A stretch of 64,000 bases of DNA from Octopus vulgaris (GCA_951406725.2 OX597822.1:44702001-44766000); one strand, 5' to 3'; positions 13,708 to 28,072 are shown, counted from the stretch's first letter. Notes: generated by a model not told the origin, from the letters alone. Numbers and translations: made by a program.

Positions 13708-14222
13708 AGTAGTGAAGAAAATCACTACCTACTACCTAAATTAAGCTGGGGAGAAAAGGCGTGGACGCTTAGGACAAACTTATGAAAATGCTTTGGACAG
13801 GCTAAGGGTTAAGACAGCACGGTGTGGTTTGAGGCATATATTGGTTGATACTTCTAGCGCGTTAAGCGATTCTATAGAAATTCCCATCAGGGGAATTTCA
13901 TATGTACTCTAAAAACTTGCAGTCCTCAAGGGGCTGTCATTCTCCCTAGAGTGAGATTAAGCAAAATGGCAGCATTTCACAGCTGAGTGAGATACTTATC
14001 TAAGTATTCAACTGAGTTGCCCCGCATTTTGGAATTTTATTGGAATAACGCCAAAAGCTGTTGCTTCAATAGACCACGAGAACTTTGAGGAAAACGGTGA
14101 TAGTGGTTGTAGTGGTTATGGCGGTGGTGATTATGATCGTATCGTATTGGTGGTGGAAATGGCGATGGTCATACCTACCTACCTACATATATATACACAT
14201 ACATACACACATATATACAAAT

Positions 14223-14286
<64 letters not shown>

Positions 14287-14289
14287 ATA

Positions 14290-14620
14290 TAGGGATGGTA
14301 TTATTAAAATACCATCACAAGTGGTAAGCGAATTATTAGCCGTACAGGCAAATTAATAAAATATATACATACAATATTAGATATGTACATATATACATAA
14401 GGGTACTAAATGAGTACCTATATCGTTCATGATAGAAAACAAAAAATACTTCTGTACCACCGAAAAGTCACAAATCTATTACAGACAAGATAGGGGGGAA
14501 ATATCAGTGAACAATAATAATGTCTTACCTCAAATGGGTCAGAACAAGTAAATGCTGGTCAACTCGGTACCGGTTTCGAAATTTAGCGCCACCTAGACGC
14601 GTGATTTCTCATCAGCCGAA
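14290..14620 (-). mobile_element. PLE terminal (pLTR-like) module ending in (TA)n
   Basis: Begins with an intact HHR and runs about 270 bp of AT-rich sequence into the (TA)n at 14230-14290. Confidence 0.55.
14563..14620 (-). ncRNA. Minimal type I hammerhead ribozyme, intact core
   Basis: Minus strand: TTCGG-CTGATGA-GAAAT...ATTTC-GAAA-CCGG-TA-CCGAG; stem I TCGG/CCGA, stem II GAAAT/ATTTC, palindromic stem III CCGG, GUA cleavage triplet. Confidence 0.85.
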
Positions 14621-14669
14621 GAGTGTAGGCTCGAAAGGTAAAAGACTTTCTCAGCGTTATTGTCTCCCT

Positions 14670-15055
14670 AAGGCAGCGAGCTGGCAGAAACGCAAGCAGA
14701 CCTGGTTAAGTGCTTACCGGTATTTCGTCTCTCTTTTCGTTCCGAGTACCAGCTGCATACTGGTGTCGATCTAATCGACTGGCCCCCTCCTCAAAAATTT
14801 CGGACCTTGTGCCTAGGGTAGAAAAGAACATTTATAAAGGCAGGGAGCCGGTAGAAACTTTAGCTCGCCAGGTAAAATGCTTAGCAGTATTTCGTCTCTC
14901 TTTACGTTCTGAGTTCAAATACTGCCGAGGTCCACTTTACCTTTCATCCCTTCGGAGTCTATAAATCAGTACCAGTTGCGTACTAAGGGTTGATCTAATC
15001 GATTGCCCTCCACTCCCCAAAAATTTCGGGACTTGTGCCTAGAGGAGAAAAGGAT
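14670..15055 (+). mobile_element. Two adjacent SINE family B monomers
   Basis: GGCAGCGAGCTGGCAGAAAC head and ...CTTGTGCCTAGGGTAGAAAAG tail, twice; the first copy is internally deleted. Confidence 0.85.
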
Positions 15056-15393
15056 ATTATTGTCTCCCTTTCTCTCTCAGTGAGTTCTGTTTGCTGATTA
15101 CCGTTTAGAACAAAACCACTAATAAACAAGTTATGGTGCCAAGCGGATAAGAAGTTGATATAATTAATTACTCAAGAACCAGCATGGCAAGAAAAATAAA
15201 TTGCTACAGAATATTAATGCACAGAAGCGTAATAAAACATATTTATTTTTGCTCTGATCTTTCATTTATCGTATTAATTTGTTTTTGTCACTTCGATTTT
15301 TTCCTCATAAAAGCATATTTATACATATCCAAATATATGCATACTTATACACACACACTTATATGTATATATATAATTATATCGATATACATG

Positions 15394-15462
<69 letters not shown>

Positions 15463-15578
15463 ACATGTATATTTAACAACTCACACACATATAAACATAT
15501 GCACAGTCATAAATACAAACGCAAATATATATGTATATATATACACACACATATATGTATATATATATATATATATAC

Positions 15579-15626
<48 letters not shown>

Positions 15627-15682
15627 AAAATAGGTATATATTTGTATATGTATGAGTACATATTTACAGACATCTTACTGTA

Positions 15683-15725
<43 letters not shown>

Positions 15726-15826
15726 GAGTATATATACAGACATATACATGCATATACACACAGAAATATTTAATTATTCATATATATATTCATATATATA
15801 TATTCATATATATATATTCATATATA

Positions 15827-15868
<42 letters not shown>

Positions 15869-16218
15869 TATATATATATATGAATATATATATATATATT
15901 CATATAAACGTATATATATATATAAATATGTGTGTGTATGTGTGTACTCGCGCGCTTAAATATTTCATAAACAAAGCATTTGTTTGACACAATCGGTCTG
16001 AAATTTTCGCAGCATTTAACACGTAACACTATACGTTTTACTTTCACATTCTGTTTTACGTCAACATGTTCGCTTTACCTTTCATCCCTCAATGGCTGTT
16101 AATTTTCAGCTAATAACAACGAAAGACATCAATGAACAACTTATGTCGTAATATGTGAAATACAGAAACGTTCAAATCAATATATGTTTATTATAATTTA
16201 ATATAGACTTATATATCT

Positions 16219-16709
16219 CATGTCGTGGCACACCGTCGGTTACGACGACGAGGGTTCCAGTTGATCCGATCAACGGAACAGCCTGCTCGTGAAACAGCGA
16301 TCCTACGGCGGCGAGCCCGCTGGCCTAACCACCAATCTATTGCGCCTCCACTCCGTCGCTTACGACGAGGGTCGCAGCTGATACGATAAACGGATCGGCT
16401 TGCTCGTGAAACTAATGTGCAAGAGGCTGAGCATTTCATAGACACGTGTACCCTTAACGTAGTTTTCGGGGAGTTTCAGCGTGACGCAGAGTGTGAAGCT
16501 GCTGGCCCCTTGAAATACAGATACAACAGAAACGAAAAAAGATTGGGAGAAAGAGTACTGCAGGGTTTACCAACATTCCCTGCCGGAGCCTCGTGGAGTT
16601 TTAGGTGTTTTCGCTCAATAAACACTCACAACGCCCGGTCTGGAAATCGTAACCGCGATCCTACTACCGGGAGTCCGCTGCCCTAACCATTGGGCCATTA
16701 CGCCTCCAC
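16219..16709 (-). mobile_element. SINE family C with duplicated 3' end
   Basis: Head rc GGAGGCGTAATGGCCCAATGGTTAGGGGCAGCGGACTC at about 16709; tail TTACGACGA(C)GAGGG...GCTCGTGAAAC present twice (16230-16295 and 16350-16415). Confidence 0.85.
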
Positions 16710-17627
16710 TTATAATTATGTACAGTATAGTTGACATGAAAATCCACTATACCTTTTGCATACGTTTGATGGTTGATGCACTTCTCTGCCAAATTGAACA
16801 GCATCCCCTGTTTGCCCCTTTGGATGTATGTATGCGATTGCCGTATGTTGCAAGTATTCAAGCGAGTCTTTCCTGAAGACACAGAAAGACTAACAGAAGT
16901 AAAATATTTATAACCTTTCTTGTGACTGTTGTGTTTGTAATACACATCCATCCATCATCCACCCATCCATCCATCAATCCATCCATCAATGCATATATAT
17001 ATACATACATACATAGACTGAATATTGACATACTTACTAATATACGTATCTACTAATATGTTTATAAACTAGATTCTTTGCAAACAACTTGCAGATGCAA
17101 GAGCTACCAGCTGCATCTGGCTAGCATACAGGATGCTAGCAAGATGCGCGCCGTTTTGAGTCCTACCTCTCGGCAGCATCATTGCGCACCGGCCCCCACT
17201 CACTGTAACGATGTCCCGCCTGCTAGATCAACTGGTTTAGCTTAATATACTTCTAGTTTTTGATCTTCGTCTCTTTTCAACCAAATCCAGTGGTTTGTCT
17301 TTTCCACTGTTGTTTGGATATCATTCATGGTGGTATTTGCTTTATGATGAGTTGGGCCTAACGATTACAACAGTCGCCTCATCGTATCATGGAAGATTTG
17401 CATGCATTACTCAGAGTTTCCCTTCAGCACCGGATATGATTTTCGTTACAACCAATTAAGTATTGCAATTGATATTGTACGATGGGTGTCAATCGGGAAG
17501 AACTCTGTTCGATGCTGCTGGGAAATTCGAGCAGGGAATAGATGTGTTTCATGCTAGTATTATGTGGCCTTGCGTTCAGACCCACCGAGTGGTACCTCAA
17601 GTTTCTTCTACTATTCGTCTACTATCG

Positions 17628-17672
<45 letters not shown>

Positions 17673-17851
17673 CCATGGTAATATTTATATATATATATAT
17701 GATGTATATTGGAGATTTGATACCGTTTATAAAGTCGTTAACTCATTTTAATGTTTGCTCTATGACCAATATTAAATTATCCTTGCCTCATTTATTTCAG
17801 CACTTCTTGTTTGCAGTCCTATTAACTTCTTCTTTCTTCTGAAAGAAACAA

Positions 17852-17859
<8 letters not shown>

Positions 17860-17886
<27 letters not shown>

Positions 17887-18035
17887 TTTGTTTGTCCACC
17901 AGAAGCGCTTAACAATCGCCGTTGGATATGATCACGTCTCCGTAACTTAATGGTTCGACGGAGATACCGATAGAATGAGTACCAGGTTTTGTAAACATAA
18001 ATACCAGGGTCCATTTGTTCGACTAGACCCTTCAA
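17860..18035 (+). mobile_element. SINE family A 3' half (diverged)
   Basis: CGTAACTTAATGGTTCG...ACCGATAGAATGAGTACCAGG. Confidence 0.7.
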
Positions 18036-18466
18036 GGGTTTTTATTACGGGTGGAAACTAAATATATTGACCTAACTTTATCAGAAGTCTCAATTAATTA
18101 CACATACTTTATCACAGCATTGAGGGCCTTCTTTCCATTCTTCATAACTAATGTATATGCGTATATATTATGTGTATGTATACATGGGTATCAGTACTGA
18201 GCATAGAAATATTCACGTTGCAACATCTGTAGACTTTAATATATTTGTGTTTCGACATTATGAATGCTTATATATTTTCTTACGTTAAATATGTTTATGC
18301 AGATTCACATATGTGAGTATTCTCCCATATTTGTTGTTATTGCGCATTCGGTTACCAAAACGCAGATATGTGTACATGCCTATATCTATTCTTGCTCGGC
18401 GTATGTTTATGTACACCTAGGTGTGTATATGCCGATATTTATACATGTGTACATATTCATCTACAC

Positions 18467-18509
<43 letters not shown>

Positions 18510-18596
18510 TATATATACACATATATATATATACACATATATATACATATATATATATATACATATATATATATACATATATACATATATACATAC

Positions 18597-18633
<37 letters not shown>

Positions 18634-19605
18634 AGTGTGTGTGTGTACACCTATAGTTATTTCTTACCCACTGTATGTGCATCTTTACATATATGGTTAT
18701 CTGTATGCACCTATATCCTTATCGTATATATGTGTATGCATGCATATTTATATATACATGTATATGTGTAGGAGAGCTCTTATGCTTCAGATTTAGCTGA
18801 ATTTATTTATAAAGGTACTTTTCTGAGCACGTGTGTGTGTGTGTGTGTGTGTATAAGTATGGAGTTTTGTGCGTATGTAGTTGTATACAAGTATATACAC
18901 GATTTCCATTTGCATGTGTGTGCGCATGTGTATGCGCTTGCGTGTTGGCAGATCAATACGTTGGGTTATACATATTATGGCCACTTGATTGATTGTTTGT
19001 ATATGTGTATATATATGTATCTGATTTAGCAAAGTATATGTATATGAAAGTGGATACATGAGTATGCGTTGCGTGGTTATATTCCTATGCATAACTGTAT
19101 GTGTGTGTGTATGCGTGTGTGTGCGTGTAGAGTGTGAAAGAGAGAAAAAGAGAGAGAAACAGATGGAGGAGGGGGGTATCTTTATGCTAGTTAATCCAAG
19201 TTGATTAATTATAATCCTAGTGATTATTGACATTCACTTTCTGGAGATCGATATTTTAATCTATCCTTGCACACAAATACACATGCACATACACATAAGT
19301 ATATATATCTGCATATATATTTATGCACGTGTGCGTGTGTGTGCGCGTGTATGTATATATGTATAAAATTATATATTATACGTATGTTTATATTACATAT
19401 ATATGCATACCCATATATATACTCGTACGCACATACATAATCATAGTCATATATGTTTATGTAGATATGTATATATATATGATATATATAATATATATAT
19501 ACATATACATATATATATGCATAAATACATATATCATATATGCATGTAATATAAGTATATATTCATATACATATATATATATACACATATATATTACTTG
19601 CATTA

Positions 19606-19673
<68 letters not shown>

Positions 19674-20617
19674 TACATGCATACTTGATATATTCTATAT
19701 ATATATACATTCACACGCACATATATTATATATATATATGTAATACGTATCTATGTGTGTATGTATATATACATGCATATATATGTGTGTATATAGTTAT
19801 ATATATATATATGCATACATAAACACACATGTATATATATATCATACATCACCTCAAGTGAACGCATCTTGAACTTACTGAAAGATCCGGTTTTACAAGA
19901 ATCGCTGTGCAAACACAGCACTAATCTCCAGCTCTATCCTTACTCCCACGAATTCGCTGCATATATCCACGAGGAGATCTCAATCTGAACAACTACCAGA
20001 TCGACCTCGCTAATCTGAGATGACCTGCAAGCGATTAGGGCACGTCTACGAAGAGGAATTTATTTGCAACTATTCTACGAGGGTTCAAAGTTGGGTTACG
20101 AGTTAATTCGTTTAAATTGTAAATCTCTTCTTGGATGGTTCTTATTTTATTGATTCTGAAAGGATAAAAGCGAAACAAGAGAGACATGCTTGCTTACATG
20201 ATCTCAAATCCCTATATTTCAAAACATATAACGTTCAAGTGTGCTCTGATTTGGAATTAATTTCTAAATGGATCTTTATATAAAGGTCTTGTAAATGGTT
20301 AACGTTTTGCATCTTGTTGGGAAATTCTTTGTTTAGAATTTCTTCCTTCTTATCTAGCAACATGTTGATTATACAAAGCATCGTTGCGAACAATTGTCGG
20401 AAAAATTTGCGGCCACAACTACGAAGAAAATTTTTTTACTGTCTTGGACATTCGATTTCAGGTGGAATAATAAAGGCGTCATCTTATTACCCGGCATTTG
20501 TTGGACTCTTTAATCCTGGTGGCGTCCATTTTGCTCGTGGTCTGGTCACAATCGGCTGCTTTCAAATAGAAAAGAAGAAAAATAGGAAGAACAAAAAACA
20601 AAAATAAAAAAGAACAC

Positions 20618-20682
<65 letters not shown>

Positions 20683-20823
20683 AAGAAGAAGAAGAAGAAG
20701 AAGAAGAAGAAGAAGAAGAAGAAGAAGAAGAAGAAGAAGAAGAAGAAGGAGAAGGAGAAAGAAGAAGAAGAAGAAGAAGAAGAAGAAGAAGAAGAAGAAG
20801 AAGAAGAAGAAGAAGAAGAAGAA
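20618..20823. repeat. (AGT)n-(AGA)n compound microsatellite
   Basis: Directly visible. Confidence 0.95.
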
Positions 20824-20917
20824 ACCTGAAGATTTAATTTGTAGTATTCTTTTTACCATTCGCCGCCATATTTAACAGATAACGGTGAAAATTAACGTTC
20901 AATATTATTTACAGTCT

Positions 20918-21410
20918 GAAGGCGGTGATCGAAGAATCGTTATAGCGCCAGGTAAAATGCTTAGAAGCAATTTGTCCATCTTTACGTTCTGAGTTCAAAT
21001 TCCGCCGTGGTCAGCTTTGCCTTTCACCCCTTTCCGGGTCGATAAAATAAGTACCAGTTGAACACTGGATTCGATGAAATTGACTGATAGCGTCCCCCGA
21101 AACTACTGGCCTTGTGCCAAAATTTGAAATCAATATCATTTACGGCATGAGGGCGGCGATCTGTAAGAATCGTTAGCACGCCGGGCAAAATGCTTTGCAA
21201 CATTTCATCCAAGTTCCGAGTTCAAATTCCTCCGACGTCAACTTTTCGCTTCATCCTAGTCGATAAAACTTTCCCCTTCATCCGAGTCAACGTTCTCCTT
21301 CATCCGAGTCGATAAAACAAGTACAAATTGAACTCTGGGGTCGATGTAATCGACTTAACTCCTCCTCCAAAAATTGCTGGCCTTGTGCAAAAAAAGTTGA
21401 AAATTATTAC
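20918..21410 (+). mobile_element. Two adjacent SINE family B monomers
   Basis: GGCGGTGATC/GGCGGCGATC heads, GAGTTCAAATTCC, and CTGGCCTTGTGC tails. Confidence 0.8.
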
Positions 21411-22139
21411 GCTGTCACGATCCTACTAATTCGCAGCCATATTTATCAAATAACACCGAGGAATATTGAGAAAATTAAAGTCCGATATTATTTACAAGAT
21501 TAAAAGATAATGTCCGCCATGTTTTTCGTTTGTCTTCTCCAGCTAAGGGGAAAATTTCAATTAATTAAATATTTTCTTGCGCACGATATCCGGTACATAA
21601 CTCATCATATTATTGTTTATAGGGTTGACTGCTTGAATTGAGACGGCTGATATCTTTCGCACGCCATGTTTTCTTTTTCATATTTTGGTACGAGATATTC
21701 TATTAGGTTCAGCTACAATTAGGGAAACGCTTGAAATGAATTGACGGATTGTATTTGGAAGGTAATTAAGAGAAAACAATGCGAAAAACGCAGCCTGTGA
21801 TTTAGTTGACAGGTTTTTATAACAAATATCTCGATTTATTCTATTTCCAGTAATAAAGTTTCAAGCATTATTAGCGTGTTCATATCCTGAGTAAACAGAT
21901 CTTTGAAACACACAGGTGTTTCAACAAAACCTTAAATTGCAGAAATTCATACAGAAATTCATATGCTCTCACACGCATACACAGCGAGAGAGAGGGGGAG
22001 AGGGAGGGATTGAGAGAAAGAGAATGTGAAAATGTAATATATACATATACTTATACTAAACGAAAGAAAGTAGCACAACACAGTTGGCTGGACTTTCATG
22101 TGTTTAATAAGCGGTTGACTCAGATTCCAATGAACTTAT

Positions 22140-22425
22140 ATATGGCTTAGTGGTTAAAGTGTTGCACTCGCGATCGCTAGATCGTAGGTTCGATTCCCAG
22201 ACATGGCAGTGCGTTGTATTCTTGAGCAAGGCTCTTCATTTCAAGCTGGCCTGCGATCATTTCGTCATCTGACATGTGACATACGTTGCCATTATACAGG
22301 TAATGTCGATTTGATGGACAGAGTGAGCCTATGTGTACACAAACACTTGATCACTATAAATAAATCATCTGTGTGGTTCTTTGGGAAGAAATTGTCGTGC
22401 CCCCATACGTCGTCTAACGACGGGT
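22140..22425 (+). mobile_element. tRNA-derived SINE, family C-related head
   Basis: TGGCTTAGTGGTTAA (A box) ... GGTTCGATTCCC (B box). Confidence 0.7.
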
Positions 22426-22444
22426 TTGTACATCATTATGTATG

Positions 22445-22486
<42 letters not shown>

Positions 22487-22487
<1 letters not shown>

Positions 22488-22830
22488 CAAGTAAGTTAGG
22501 GGCTGTGGATCCAACACACTAAAGGATAATACTTATCCAAGATACTGTTGGTATAATACCCAAATTATTAATACACAAGTGTTTTTAATTGCAAGGCAAT
22601 TAACTTATTGTATTAAATGGGTGAAGGTAAAGAAATATTTTACCATTAATATATATCACAAATAAGAAAATGGAGAAACAATTTAGTTGGTTTATCAGCC
22701 ATAAGATATTAGAATGTTACTTATTTAATTATTTAACAAAACGAGAACCATAAATAAGTCAACATTCTAATATCCTAAAGCTGATAAACCAACTAAATTG
22801 TTTCTCCATTTTCTTATTTGTTTGATATAT
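22487..22830 (-). mobile_element. AT-rich insertion with long fold-back inverted repeat (PLE-like architecture)
   Basis: Arms 22651-22727 and 22751-22830 with a 42-bp perfect core (22658-22699 / 22780-22821); bounded by (TA)n and (GATA)n. Confidence 0.55.
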
Positions 22831-22832
22831 AG

Positions 22833-22846
22833 CTATAGATATAGAT

Positions 22847-22913
<67 letters not shown>

Positions 22914-22953
22914 TATAGATAGATAGATAGACCGACCGATAGATAGACCGACC

Positions 22954-23011
<58 letters not shown>

Positions 23012-23033
23012 CCGACCGATAGATAGACCGACC

Positions 23034-23115
<82 letters not shown>
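22833..23115. repeat. (GATA)n with GACC variants
   Basis: Directly visible. Confidence 0.95.
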
Positions 23116-23116
<1 letters not shown>

Positions 23117-24169
23117 CAAACATCCACACATCAAAGTCACTATAAAACCACACGCACATACTTACACACTCTCACATACAGATATGCATGCGCACCATCG
23201 TTCAGGGATTACCAGTACTTTATTATCTCCCCTTCTTCCTAGCTCTCCTGTCCAACTACCTTTTCCAACCATTTGCCATGATTGACCGCTAATTCCACAA
23301 GTTTTTTTTTTATTCTCTCTTTGTTTATTTCCCCGTATTCCTTTCTATTGAAGAGAGTAGGCTCGAAAAGTAGAAGACTTTCTCACCTTCTCGCGCGTCA
23401 AACTCATACACCTGCTTGTTGTTTATACACCTGTCTTCGTCTTTTACTTTTCTATAAATATATATATATCAATTGTTTGACAAAAATTCTAAAAATGCCG
23501 AATAAAAACACGTACAAACATACGCATGCATATGCGCACACAACCGCTCTGATGTATGTGAGTATGTATATTTTGTCTGTGCTTGAATGCATCCTTTAGA
23601 CACCTGGGGAAAATGCCTATGTCTTATTGGCAGTGTAGCTTCTGCAGTGATTGTAGAGGCCCAAAAGTGAATAACAGTCTTTATTACGGTGGTTTTTTTA
23701 AGACACTCAGTGCTACTTTTGTCGATTTTGCTTTCCTTCATCACCAAGTCTCGGTCCTCTCTCTGTAGTTTTCACACCGTTGTCTAATTCCTGTGTGTAA
23801 CGAGAACGACCACCAGCCGCGTACTCCTATCTTGTAATATCTTCAATGTAAAAAACCTTCGATATCTCCCTTTCAGACAATTTTTATGAAATGAAGTTGA
23901 TAATGTCCGTGTGATTCTCTTCAAAGGACAGTTTTCCATAGAAGTAGGAGCTTTTACTGTATCTTCCCATCTCACATGCACTGTTCCATGCCCCTACAGT
24001 GGAAATTTCGTTGTTGCTGTTGAAGAAGATCCCTGGATGTCGACGCGTGAGCAAGGATATTACAGTTGATGATTCGATCAGTTCAACTCATATCCAGAAT
24101 AGGTTTCAAGCTGCGAGGATGGAAGGCTTTTAGATGCATCTCTTGTTTAAGACATGCTTTCTCTGTTTC

Positions 24170-24520
24170 ATATCCAAATCTTTCACTGTAGCATATCTTA
24201 TTTGTGCATCTTTGTTGTTTTTGCAGGAATAGCATATTCCAAAAATATGAGGAACACTTCTGCTCTGTTTGGGTGGCACTGTGCTCGCGACACCAATGAA
24301 CTTCATGTGGCAGATTGTTATGTAGAACATTTTATTTGGTTTAAATTTAATATTGCAGAAAACAAAAGAATGATCTGTGTCGCAGTCGGAACTACGAAAC
24401 GACAGAATCGTAAGCGCATTCCTCACGTGGTCTCGTATTATGAGCATCACGATTAGTTGGTCCCCGTGTTTGGAACGGTGATGTTTCAAAGACATTTTGT
24501 GCTAACAAATATTTCGGAAA
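24170..24520 (-). pseudogene. Decayed RTE-type LINE AP-endonuclease fragment
   Basis: The minus ORF contains HRSKHGDQL..IIR and FRSSDCDTDHSFV, matching the APE C-terminal 'HPRSKHWHQLD...ADCDSDH' motifs. Confidence 0.6.
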
Positions 24521-25194
24521 TAAATGTTGTCCACACACATTCTAGGAATTGAGGAAAATAATGGAATCTTTTTCCCTTGTCATTTATGCTGTCCACTCCA
24601 TGCTGCTACAGGCATCTTGGCAAGGAGTCGTAGTCGGTAGCCATTTTGGTGCTCATGTCGCCAAACAGCAGCAACAGCTGTTCTTGATTTGATGTCAACA
24701 GAATTATCCTTGCGATCTGGCCTTATAATTCGGTCTTTGTATTTTGCGCAGAGGTTTGGAGCGTTGGCACGGAAGAGGTCGAGAGACACATACCATCGGA
24801 TGAATAGAACTGCAATGAGAAAAATCCATTTGTGTCCTTTGTCACGTGTCTTCACCATCTTGAAAAGGCAGTTCCAATAGCGAGTTCCTCAGGGCAAAAC
24901 TAATACCATACTATCTGACATTGTTTCAGCACTTACCCTGCCAGACACAGGTAGTGTATTTCCTGTAGAGTTCCTAATTCTGCAAAATACCTAAAGTTTT
25001 AGCAGTTTGTCGGTAATCACAGTTGTTTTGGACGTGACGCGATCGAGTAGTCACAGATTGCGCCCTCTAGTGTTCTAACTTCCTTCATTAGTTTATTTCC
25101 GATATCTGGTGCAGTATTTATTTCTATCCCTAGCTGCTCCGTACTAATCGGAAGACCAAGGAAAGGTACAACAATTCCTTAACATAAGAATTAT

Positions 25195-25249
<55 letters not shown>

Positions 25250-25604
25250 AACACAGAAAGACATTCACATAACGACAAACTCACGTATATGTGTGTATAT
25301 TCATGTATGCGTTTATGTATAGATAATTGACATATATTGCTAGTGCAGAGAACAGCAGCTAAATATATTTTTCAACCAATTTTGTCAAATAATTTCATAT
25401 CCTGACATATATTACGTAGGAACCATTATTTCTCCTACTGGCCACAAGGGGGCATTACGTATTTATAAGTGTATCTATGTTTACATGTATGTATGTGTAT
25501 GCATGAACTTATGGATATGTGCACATATATATACTTATAAATACGTAATGTCCCCTTGTGGCCATACATACATACATACATACATACATACATACATACA
25601 TACA

Positions 25605-25637
<33 letters not shown>

Positions 25638-25851
25638 GAAAGATTGTCTGCATGCGTTTTTGTCTAGATGCGTGATTATATATATATACATATAAATAAG
25701 CAACTATTTGCCTATATATATGTGTATGTATGTATATATATACATATATAAAGAAGCATCTATTTGTCTATATATATATATACATATATATATACATATA
25801 TATATGTATATATTTATTTATATATATATATATATATATACATATATATAC

Positions 25852-25951
<100 letters not shown>

Positions 25952-26343
25952 ACATGTACGTATTTCCTCTTCTCGTACTGATACGTACTCACTTACACAG
26001 ACCAGATACAAACTAAGAAACCAACACGATATAACTATCTCTTGTAGACATGAAAATTACACTTGTTCGAAATCCAAGGAAGTAACTGTATCATTTTAAG
26101 TGTAAGCTGTAATAGCTTCCACTCTCTAATATCTACCATTGTATTGTCAAAGACATGTATTCCATCACGAAATTAACCATTCTTTCAAATCGTCGCAAAT
26201 GATAGCAATTATTTTGGCCGGTTTCCACTGGCACAATTTTTGGCGCTTTTATTCTTTTCTTTGTCCAACTTATAGGATTCTCATTTGCTTACTGAGATAA
26301 CTCTAGTCAGCAATTTCTATTAATAGTGGAGAGAGTTGACCAC

Positions 26344-26377
<34 letters not shown>

Positions 26378-26809
26378 GTGTGTGTGTGTGTGTGTGTGTA
26401 TGTGTGTGTGTGAGTGTGTGTGCTTCTATGTGTGTGCGTGTGTGTTTGTCTGTGTGTGTGTATGCAAGTATGTAAGTACACATATACATGGCTATGTATG
26501 TATGAATGTACATGTACGTACGAATGTATGTACGTATGTAAATGGATACATACACATATACATACATGTGTGTGTGTGTGTGTGCGGGTGCGACTGTATA
26601 TGCAAGTGTGTGTGTGTGTATGTATACAGAAGAATTTGAACATTTTCATAGGAACGTGAAGAAACTTTTTGGGGGAACTGTCACTCGAAGCACATATAAC
26701 GCTATAATAATTTCACGTAAATACTAGGTTGGAAAACTGTATTGGATATAAGCAATGACAATAATAATAACAGTAATGATAATAATTATTATTGTTATTA
26801 TTATAATCT

Positions 26810-27337
26810 TTTCCATAATAGACACAAGGGCTGAAAATTCTAGGAATTACATCGACCCCAGTATTTCACTGGTACTCAATTTATCGACCTCCGAAAGGAT
26901 GAAAGGCAAAGTCGACCTCGGCGGAATTTGAACTCGGAACGTAACGATGGGCGAATACCTATTTCTTTACTACCCACAGGGGGCTAAACACAGAGAGGAC
27001 AAACAAGGACAGACAAACGGATTAAGTCGATTATATCCCGAAAGGATGAAAGGCAAAGTCGACCTCGGTGGAATTTGAACTCGGAACGTAACGACGGGCG
27101 AAATACCTATTTCTTTACTACCCACAAGGGGCTAAACACAGAGAGACCAAACAAGGACAGACAAACGGATTAAGTCGATTATATCGACCCAGTGCGTAAC
27201 TGGTATTTATTTAATTGACCCCGAAAGGATGAAAGGCAAAGTTGCCTTCGGCGGAATTTGAACTCAGAACGTAGCGGCAGACGAAATACCGCTAAGCATT
27301 TCGCCCGGCGTGCTAATGTTTCTCCCAGCTCGCCGTT
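26810..27337 (-). mobile_element. SINE family B trimer
   Basis: Three copies of GAAAGGATGAAAGGCAAAGT; head at about 27337. Confidence 0.9.
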
Positions 27338-27455
27338 TGTAAGTCTAGAATTACAGCTGCATTCCGTACGACGGACTTCTAACTATTTTCACTCACAAGA
27401 TCTGAGCCTACAGAAAATGAGAAAATGTCAGTTGACCATGTCTCTGTGTAATACA

Positions 27456-27685
27456 GAGGCGAGCTGGCAGAAACGTTAGCACGCCGGGCGAAATACGTAG
27501 CCGTATTTCGTCTGTCTTTATGTTCTGAGTTCAAATTCCGCCCAGGTCGACTTTGCCTTTCATTCTTTCGGGGTCGATTAAATAAGTACCAGTTACGCAC
27601 TGGGGTCGATATAATCGACTTAATCCGTTTGCCTGTCCTTGTTTGGCCTCTCTGTGTTTAGCCCCTTGTGGGAAGTAAAGAAATA
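27456..27685 (+). mobile_element. SINE family B monomer
   Basis: GAGGCGAGCTGGCAGAAACGTTAGCACGCCGGGCG...GCCCCTTGTGGGAAGTAAAGAAATAG. Confidence 0.9.
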
Positions 27686-27852
27686 GATATATACTCAAGC
27701 ATGCATATTCACATACATATAGACATACATATATCTACACACATCAACACAATCAGTACCCATGCATCAATTAATCATATATGTAAAATTAACAAGCTAC
27801 CAACCTGCTTATTACAAATACGTATAGAAAATAACGTATCTTTTATGTGTGT

Positions 27853-27913
<61 letters not shown>

Positions 27914-27938
27914 TATATATATATACATACATATATGT

Positions 27939-27997
<59 letters not shown>

Positions 27998-28010
27998 CAA
28001 ACATATATGT

Positions 28011-28072
<62 letters not shown>

